From Chthonomonadales bacterium (GTDB lineage: Bacteria; Armatimonadota; Chthonomonadetes; Chthonomonadales; CAJBBX01), in contig JBMFSQ010000002.1 in assembly GCA_049967475.1 (NCBI GenBank), positions 1 to 64,000 on the forward strand: a stretch of 64,000 nucleotides of DNA, written 5' to 3'. Below the pieces are notes generated by a model. That model was not told the DNA's origin. It did not search any database and was given only the letters and a program-made list of their open reading frames with translations. Position numbers and translations under genes: made by a program. How positions within the stretch are numbered: position 1 is the first letter of the stretch; each line of letters begins with the position of its first letter. Below, in pieces: positions 57,560 through 64,000 of the stretch.

Positions 57560-59506
57560 CTACGGGGGTGGCGGCGGCAGCGGAGCCGGCGAAAAGGCCC
57601 GCGGCAACGAGTAGATGAACCGGAACGTGTTATCCGTAACCGTATGATTACCGGTCATCCAATCCACGGGACCAGGCCGATCCCCGCTATTGCGGGCCCC
57701 GATCCTCCAATACACTACCGGCGTGGCAGCTCCGGGCACACGGTTGACGAAGTTGGCGAATACGGGATCCCGCAGCAATACCGCATCCCTAGTGAGATCC
57801 GGCGCTCTGAAAATCTGCGCCACGCCATCTGCTTGGGGAGCCGTGGAGAACACCTGGAACCGCTCGATGAGGTTCCGGTTCTTGAACGTCCGATCCGTGG
57901 ACACTTCCACCTGAAACACATCGGCGCCATTCCGGCTCTGCCATTGGAACACGACGTTGCGCAGATCCACATTCAGCGCCTGATCCAGCGGACTGGAGAG
58001 AAGTGGGATATTCACCGGGGTAGCGGGGCCCGACGTAACTTGGCTCGTCTCGATATCCTGGGTGCCGGTAGTAGTGCCCGTACCACCACCGCCACCAACG
58101 CCACCGCCGCCGGTCCCCTGGTTGCTGCCGCCAATCGGTCTCCGGATTACCGACGTAATCTGATATTGATAGGTATTGCCTGTTACCGGGAAGCCGGTCA
58201 CGGCTCCCGCCGCTGGCGTCTTAGCCGAAGCCGTAGTCCCGCCCGTGCCGCCACCGCCCGTGCCGTTACCGGTTGTAGGCACTCCCGGCTGGAGGAAGCT
58301 TCGCGTTCCATCCCAGAAGCTAAAGGGGGCCGGCTGATCCGTGTAGGTGAAGGTCACCTGGGGCAGTGCTGCAACAGGCGTGCCCGTGTAATTGAACGGG
58401 TCGTCCGGCGTGCGCCAAACGTGGTACTCCAACGTCTGGAGGCTGTTGCCGAACATGTTATCCCGCCACACGATGCGCACCGCCGGGCCGTTGTTCACCA
58501 AAGTGGGTTCTGCTACTACGCCGGTGACGCTGGAGCTGCCACCCTTAGCAGCCGTCGCCAACACGACGCCAGCCACGAGCACCATCAACACCTTGCCCAA
58601 TGCGCTCATGGACGCCCCGCGGTGAACCGGCTTCGCGCGAGTAACCTCAAAATGCGCCGTGAATTCCGGCATCGGGAAAACGGCCCGAACCTTGTCCTCC
58701 GGGCGGATGCCGAGGCCGATATCCACTACCTTGGCTTCCGAATCCGTCGGAAACACATTCGTCGCCTCGATGCGGCCTACCCGCTGGCGATCCCGAAGGA
58801 CGATGAACTGCATCCCGGGCTGAACGCCATCGCGGGAACCGCGGTTGATGATGATCTGAAGCGAGCCGCCGGTGTTGCTGCCCACAGTGCTCAGGATCGT
58901 CCCTTCCGGCAATACATTGGCAAGGATCTGCCGCACCCCCGCGATGGCCGCGTTGTTGGTGGCCTCTTGCGCAAGAGACGCCATGTCACTAAGGCCAGGC
59001 CGCGCACGCGCCTCTCCGATCTGAGCCGCCCCGTTGATCAGGTCGCCGGAACTCGCCTCGCTGATCCGGATGGTGAGCCCTACCTTCACCGAGTGAGGAG
59101 TGGATTTGGTGTCCTCCCGAACGAAGGCGATGGACCCATCCACGATGGCCGACGCCCCAAGCTGCATAGCCAGCTTGCTTCGAGCAATCTGATCGTAGGG
59201 TGCGTGTAGACCCAGCTCCGCAGCCTGCCTCGTGACCTCATCACGTTTGAGGACCTCGAAGCGACCGGAATTCGCAAGCTCCACCGCCACCGCGTCCGTT
59301 GCGAGGCGTGCGAGCGAATCGTACGCAGAGCCGGCCTTATTGGTAAAGTCAATCACGATAACGGTCTGGACCCCGCCGGATTGGGTGCTGCCCTGCGCGT
59401 GCGCAGAAACCGGCACGGCGATGCTGCTGAAGATCGGAGCGACCATCGCAGCGGTCAGCAGCCAGGTCAGGATCCGGGCGGCCCTGCTTTTCCTGATCCG
59501 TTTCAC
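57560..59506 (-). CDS. Secreted protein: CsgG-like domain + FlgT C-terminal-like domain + hydrophobic segment + FN3-like domains
   Basis: Signal peptide (AHA-Q); VIVIDFTNK, ELANSGRFEVLKR, LGASAIVDGSI; IIINRGSRDGVQPGMQF..VGRIEAT..SEAKV; VLMVLVAGVVLATAA; YHVWR, YTD, YQYQI; FQWQS..FQVEVSTDRTF. Confidence 0.7.
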   Translation of the reverse strand: MKRIRKSRAARILTWLLTAAMVAPIFSSIAVPVSAHAQGSTQSGGVQTVIVIDFTNKAGSAYDSLARLATDAVAVELANSGRFEVLKRDEVTRQAAELGLHAPYDQIARSKLAMQLGASAIVDGSIAFVREDTKSTPHSVKVGLTIRISEASSGDLINGAAQIGEARARPGLSDMASLAQEATNNAAIAGVRQILANVLPEGTILSTVGSNTGGSLQIIINRGSRDGVQPGMQFIVLRDRQRVGRIEATNVFPTDSEAKVVDIGLGIRPEDKVRAVFPMPEFTAHFEVTRAKPVHRGASMSALGKVLMVLVAGVVLATAAKGGSSSVTGVVAEPTLVNNGPAVRIVWRDNMFGNSLQTLEYHVWRTPDDPFNYTGTPVAALPQVTFTYTDQPAPFSFWDGTRSFLQPGVPTTGNGTGGGGTGGTTASAKTPAAGAVTGFPVTGNTYQYQITSVIRRPIGGSNQGTGGGGVGGGGGTGTTTGTQDIETSQVTSGPATPVNIPLLSSPLDQALNVDLRNVVFQWQSRNGADVFQVEVSTDRTFKNRNLIERFQVFSTAPQADGVAQIFRAPDLTRDAVLLRDPVFANFVNRVPGAATPVVYWRIGARNSGDRPGPVDWMTGNHTVTDNTFRFIYSLPRAFSPAPLPPPPP

Positions 59507-59629
59507 TCTGAGAGTTCCTCCCTGGATGACGATATTACGGCAAACCTCGCTCGATGCTGATCGCAGCCCAGGCCGTGCTGTATGCGCATGTCCTCATCAC
59601 CTGAGACCAACGATCACCATGCTTCCTTT

Positions 59630-59670
59630 TGGGAGGCTCCGCACTCCAGCCTGCCGTCCGGAGCCTCCCA
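59630..59670 (-). other. Intergenic stem-loop (12-bp perfect stem, 17-nt loop, no U-tract on the sense strand)
   Basis: tgggaggctccg (59630-59641) / cggagcctccca (59659-59670), 8 nt after the stop at 59679. Confidence 0.6.
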
Positions 59671-59678
59671 CGGAACCT

Positions 59679-62600
59679 TTACCGAGTTACCAGTATCGGC
59701 TGGACCACCCTTGCCGCTTGATGGCCCTGCAAAGACTGGGCTCGTATCTCTACGGTGTATACGCCGGCAGGTAGAGCGATCCCCTGCTCGCTCTTCAGAT
59801 CCCAAATCACCTCGTTGATACCGGCAGCTCGGCTGGTACCTGTGGTCAGCGTGCGCACCGCCGCACCCGACGCATTCAGGATGCGAACCTGCACATCCGC
59901 AGGAGCGCTCAGGCTGAAGGCGATGGACACCCCTGCCGAACGCCCGGGCTGCATCCGAGCCGCGACGTTCGTGATTACCAACTGGTTGCGCGTGGCAGGC
60001 ACGGCATCCACCCGGAACGTCCGAGTAAGGGACGATGTGCCCGTAGCCCACGAGTACGAGCTCGTGCTCCGCATATCGCGCACCTCGCCTGTGGCCAGGT
60101 CTGTGAGCGTAAGCATCACCGAGCGGCCCACCGTGGCGATATTCGGCCAGGAAATCACAGCCCTGCTGTTCCTGACGGTGGTTTGCACCGTGAACTCCCA
60201 GGACTTCGCACCCGGCGACGCAGAGCGAACATCTACGCCATAGGGACCCGACTTATCGCCCCAGTTCTTGTGGTCGAAGCTCACATACACGTAATCGGAT
60301 CCGAATACCGGCGGCTTGGGCGCCTTGAAGCCGTCGAAGCCATCCGCCGCCCGACTGCTCACGCCCAGGTAGTTATCCTGATCCGCCAGATTGCCCACCT
60401 GCGCCTGTATGTTCAAGCTCCAGCCTGATCCACCGCCCAGTACAGCCCGCGAGTTGCCGCCCTTCACAGACGCGGCCCGGCCGTACACGTCGTTCACGGG
60501 ATCCACCACCAACGTTACATCCTTGTACGCCCGCACCCAATATCCCTTCCACGGGGAGAGCTTGAAGTCCAGCACGTACCCGCCCGCCACGAAGCTGTAG
60601 AGGGCAGGACCAACGAGGCCGGCGGCTACAGCTTGGTCATGCGGGTAGAGCGTACCGCTGAACAGGACTTGTACTTTCGTCCAATCAATATCCAGCGCGA
60701 AGGGATCGCCGATGAGGTTCCATCCCGTTACGAGCGGAATGTTGAACGGCTGCGTCGGATCGGCTGCTGTACCCGGCGTGGTAAGCGGCAAGTTCCGCTT
60801 GTACGCCATGAAGTACCCTCGACCCAACTGGAAGTTCTGTGCGACGCCCGCCGGATAGAAGACATACGCCCCTTGGTTCCAGGTAGCCAGACGGAATACC
60901 CCTGCTTGGGCGTCGCCGGGATCCACACCCAGCAACGTTGCCGTATCCACGGTATACCCGTAAGGCGCCGACACCAGCGACAAAGCTCCTACGAATGTGT
61001 GCAACGGATCCATCTGGAAGTTCACGTTCGTAGATGCCTGGCTGCTCTGAACGGCCACACTCCGGCTTGCGGGGCTGGGAGTGTAACCCGCCAGGTTTGC
61101 CTTAACCGTATACGTAATGCCCGCAGGCACACTGGTGAAGCTGTAATTGGCCTGCGACCCATCGGGAGCCGTAGTGGCAGGTGCAAACGTCGTCGTTGTG
61201 GCCACCGTATTGCCTGCAGCATCCAAGAGCGTTATCGTGACGCCGGCGAGGGTCGCGCCGTCACTCGTGCGCGTTACGAGGCCGTAAACAGATCCCGGCG
61301 GAACTCGGTTCAGCACGATCACAGGAGCGGTAACTGTGGTGTTCGTAACGACGTTTACGGACACCTGAGCCGACCCGTACCCCGCGGCACTGCCCGTAAA
61401 CACCCACGCACCAGGATCGAGGCCATTGATCGTGTAATTGCCGTTGTTGTCCGTCGTGGCAGTAAACGACTGGCTCCCGCTTGTGGCCGTCACTAAGGCG
61501 TTCGGAATGCCTGCATTCGTGGCTCCGTCTACCACCTGCCCCGTCACATTGCCCGGTATCGCCTTCATCTTGAAATCGAACTTGATGTAGGCTTTTGCCG
61601 GTTGTACTACCGTGTCCCGCTGAGTAGTAATCGGGTCATTGGGATCGGGAAGCGGTCGCGATGCCGGCACGCTGGATCCGAACCCCGTGGCTGTAGCCGT
61701 TACGGTATAGGTAGTGCCCGCTCGCACGCGGCTGATGGTATAGGTGCCGTCGGATGCGGTGGTGGCGCTGAGCACGTGTGTGGGATCCAGGTTATCCGTA
61801 GCCGTTACGGTTGCGCCCACAACCGGAGTGGTGCCGTCCATCTGGGTAACGGTACCCGAGAGGATGGCATCTGCAGCCAGCGTCATCCTGAAGCTGATGT
61901 CCGTCCTGAAGCCGCCGTGCAACACCACTAACGGCCGCCTCTGCATTTGGAAGCCGGCCTTGGCGGCGCTCACCTCGTAAACGTCGGGCTCCACGCCATT
62001 GATGGCAAAGGTGCCGTCCGCCGCTGTTATGGCTGTGTACGCGGTAACAGGGTTCCCCTGGGCGTTCACCTGGTTGCTCAGCCGCACGAGGGCGCCTGCG
62101 ACGGGGTTGCCTGCCTCGACATCCAGAACGGTCCCGGTGACGCTGCCGGTGCGCAGCCAGCACGCCGCATTGTGAAGAATCTCCGTACGCCGGTTCTTCA
62201 AGGCCATGACGTTCTGCGTGTTGGGCGGATTGAAGAAGTCCGGGAAGAGCCCCTCGATGCCCATGCTGTCATACACGACCTTGCTGTTGGCCGTCGTGTC
62301 CGCGTAGTGCATCAGGGCCGTGCCGCCGCCGCCATACGTCATGTCCGACACGCCGCCGGCCGCCGGGGTAATTACATCCGGGAACTGAACTCCGGGGCAC
62401 CCATAAAGACGCGGCGTGTTGGGATCCGTGCCGCCCACGAGGAACTCGCCTTCGTTGGAGATGAAGTCCATCGTCAGCGGGGGATCAGGCGGACCAGGCC
62501 ATTGGTGGTGCCTGTTGGGCACCGCCTTGGGCTTGTACCAGGGATCGTGCGTAATGGGATTATAAGCGCCTGCAGATGTAAGCCCGTACGCGGCGTTAAA

Positions 62601-64000
62601 GAAAAACACCAGCGGTATGGATCCGCCCAATTGGGTGTTGGAGAAGGTAAAGCCTGCGTCATCCCGGTTGTACTGGGCATGGAGATCGTTGGAGTAGAAC
62701 GAGTTGGCAGTCGTTCCGTCCAGGGTTAGGGCCCACCCCACATCCTGGCCGTTCACGAAGAGGCGCCCACCTGCAGCAAGAAAGCCATGAAGCTGCGCCT
62801 GAACCTGCAGGTCCGTAAGCGTACCAGGCCCTGTAAAAAGGTTCCCTGTATACGGAGACTGCCAGAAGACGCACCGCGGCGCCACCAGCACGGTTCGCGG
62901 GTTCTTCTCTCCGTTGAGGAGGTCGGGGGGCTGCTGTTCCGTGTGGGGCAGATACTGTTGCAGCACCGCATCGGGAACAGGTCCGCGGCACTGGATGCGC
63001 CAGATGTCATACTGCTGCGTCACAGGCAGATCCACACCGTCCCGCTTCTCGCCGTCCAGTGCAAGGTTATCCTGGTTCAGGAACGTCCAGAAGTCGTTGG
63101 GATCGAAGGCTCCATAGGACTTGACCCCGAGGGCGTTCAGCACGTTCACCAAGGATCCGATCGTCGTGCCGTTGCGATACCGAGAGGGCAGCAGGTTGAC
63201 GTCTATATCCGTCATCCAGCTCTCAGTGCCCCAAAACGTTTGAGACACGTTCACCAAACTGGTATGGGCGAAGCGCGTGGAGAAGAACTTCTGCCCCTCG
63301 GCGTAATCGCTCACGAAGAGGATGCCGTGTGAGGGTAGGAACGCCTGGGTGGTAAAGCCCCCTACGTTGTCGTAGATGATCCAGTTGCTGCCCCGATCTG
63401 CATTCCCCTGGGCGAAGGGGTTGAGGGCGTTATCATAGGCGATCACGTCAATATAGTAATCGGATGGGAAGCGGTCCGTCGTCCATGTGGCGGTATACGT
63501 CTCGATGCCGGTTTGCGGGTCGCGGCTCTCGAGCTGCATCTGCAGCCACCCCTCATCAGGCGGACTTGCCAGCCCGGAGAAGGCAAAGAAATCGTCTATG
63601 CTCGCCGTATAGATGGGGTTTGCATAGGTGTTCACCCGCGGGTCATTCGGATCCGAGCCGATGAAGATCCGCTGCGACTCGTACTCGATCGGCACGTTGA
63701 GGGCGATGTTGGAGTTGTCCAGGTTCAGGTTGTCGAAGAGGTAGACCTTGTGCTCTTTGCCGTCGCTGGATTGATATTTGCTGTTGGGGTTCTTGATCTG
63801 CAGCCACACATCTCGGATGCCGGATTCCAGATCGGCCAACTTGACCTTGATGGTAACGGGTGCACCGGGTGAGCCGATCTTGGGATTTACGCTGACGATC
63901 TCCCCCGTAACTTCATCGAAACGGATCAAGCGCGGGGCATTGAGGTCTATAAGGGTAGATGCAAAGATATCCGCGGGTTGGCCTGCCGGGCCGGAGTCTC
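59679..64000 (-). CDS. Very large, probably secreted protein (5' end outside window) with four carboxypeptidase-regulatory-like Ig repeats and the shared C-terminal module
   Basis: Frame stays open to the window edge (DSGPAGQPADIFASTLIDLNAPRLIRF). Repeats GSVTGTV..VAGALV..TAADGTF, LSGTVT..TASDGTY, GNVTGQV..TDNNGNY, GSVYGLV; GWNLIGDP; PKPP; VIWDLKSEQGIALPAGVY. Confidence 0.85.
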   Translation of the reverse strand, partial: DSGPAGQPADIFASTLIDLNAPRLIRFDEVTGEIVSVNPKIGSPGAPVTIKVKLADLESGIRDVWLQIKNPNSKYQSSDGKEHKVYLFDNLNLDNSNIALNVPIEYESQRIFIGSDPNDPRVNTYANPIYTASIDDFFAFSGLASPPDEGWLQMQLESRDPQTGIETYTATWTTDRFPSDYYIDVIAYDNALNPFAQGNADRGSNWIIYDNVGGFTTQAFLPSHGILFVSDYAEGQKFFSTRFAHTSLVNVSQTFWGTESWMTDIDVNLLPSRYRNGTTIGSLVNVLNALGVKSYGAFDPNDFWTFLNQDNLALDGEKRDGVDLPVTQQYDIWRIQCRGPVPDAVLQQYLPHTEQQPPDLLNGEKNPRTVLVAPRCVFWQSPYTGNLFTGPGTLTDLQVQAQLHGFLAAGGRLFVNGQDVGWALTLDGTTANSFYSNDLHAQYNRDDAGFTFSNTQLGGSIPLVFFFNAAYGLTSAGAYNPITHDPWYKPKAVPNRHHQWPGPPDPPLTMDFISNEGEFLVGGTDPNTPRLYGCPGVQFPDVITPAAGGVSDMTYGGGGTALMHYADTTANSKVVYDSMGIEGLFPDFFNPPNTQNVMALKNRRTEILHNAACWLRTGSVTGTVLDVEAGNPVAGALVRLSNQVNAQGNPVTAYTAITAADGTFAINGVEPDVYEVSAAKAGFQMQRRPLVVLHGGFRTDISFRMTLAADAILSGTVTQMDGTTPVVGATVTATDNLDPTHVLSATTASDGTYTISRVRAGTTYTVTATATGFGSSVPASRPLPDPNDPITTQRDTVVQPAKAYIKFDFKMKAIPGNVTGQVVDGATNAGIPNALVTATSGSQSFTATTDNNGNYTINGLDPGAWVFTGSAAGYGSAQVSVNVVTNTTVTAPVIVLNRVPPGSVYGLVTRTSDGATLAGVTITLLDAAGNTVATTTTFAPATTAPDGSQANYSFTSVPAGITYTVKANLAGYTPSPASRSVAVQSSQASTNVNFQMDPLHTFVGALSLVSAPYGYTVDTATLLGVDPGDAQAGVFRLATWNQGAYVFYPAGVAQNFQLGRGYFMAYKRNLPLTTPGTAADPTQPFNIPLVTGWNLIGDPFALDIDWTKVQVLFSGTLYPHDQAVAAGLVGPALYSFVAGGYVLDFKLSPWKGYWVRAYKDVTLVVDPVNDVYGRAASVKGGNSRAVLGGGSGWSLNIQAQVGNLADQDNYLGVSSRAADGFDGFKAPKPPVFGSDYVYVSFDHKNWGDKSGPYGVDVRSASPGAKSWEFTVQTTVRNSRAVISWPNIATVGRSVMLTLTDLATGEVRDMRSTSSYSWATGTSSLTRTFRVDAVPATRNQLVITNVAARMQPGRSAGVSIAFSLSAPADVQVRILNASGAAVRTLTTGTSRAAGINEVIWDLKSEQGIALPAGVYTVEIRAQSLQGHQAARVVQPILVTR

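Noticed and set aside
58060..58290. GGC/ACC-rich tandem-like sequence
   Set aside because: It encodes Gly/Thr-rich protein loops; not a regular DNA repeat, CRISPR or VNTR.
51581..64000. Calling the FlgD-Ig and FlgT-like domains flagellar genes, or the locus a bona fide T9SS or curli system
   Set aside because: No flagellar, sprA/porV/gld or csgA/B genes are in the window; the similarities are at fold or motif level only.
1..64000. CRISPR arrays, tRNA/rRNA genes, transposases, integrases, prophage or defence systems
   Set aside because: No regularly spaced repeats, RNA gene signatures or matching protein motifs were seen by eye; the RNase H-like gene has no adjacent helicase or Cas genes.

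Overview
GC-rich bacterial chromosomal window from a diderm (LPS-making) organism. Gene content and architecture (short Omp85/BamA, TamB without an adjacent TamA, SLH protein, Bacillus-type large SRP RNA, PEP-CTERM-like protein) suggest a Terrabacteria diderm, probably Armatimonadota; this is inference, not a database result. 1-6 kb: serA, a large hypothetical protein, a LolA-like protein and lipA. 6.2-29.4 kb: an unbroken 18-gene outer-membrane/lipid A cluster (tamB, ECF sigma, bamA, two Skp-like genes, lpxD, lpxC, fabZ, lpxA, lpxB, msbA, DUF374/LpxJ-like, waaA, lpxK, lpxL, two GT9 genes, kdsB). 29-47 kb: SLBB export protein, Tat oxidoreductase, propeller/barrel hypothetical, ybaB-dnaX-SRP RNA, TPR protein, SLH protein-mreB-murA-lnt, c-di-GMP regulator, RNase H-like protein and a zinc-ribbon/carbonic anhydrase fusion. 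47.2-64 kb is the most interesting part: a co-oriented minus-strand locus. It holds three large proteins (one an intact S8 protease) sharing a ~440-aa C-terminal module ending in P-x-x-V-[T/L]-R, two CsgG/FlgT-fold proteins, an Ig-fused LptD-like beta-barrel and a PEP-CTERM-like protein. It is a candidate dedicated surface-protein export/assembly system. No CRISPR array, tRNA, rRNA or transposase was seen. Domain calls come from motif recognition by eye and need HMM or structure confirmation.
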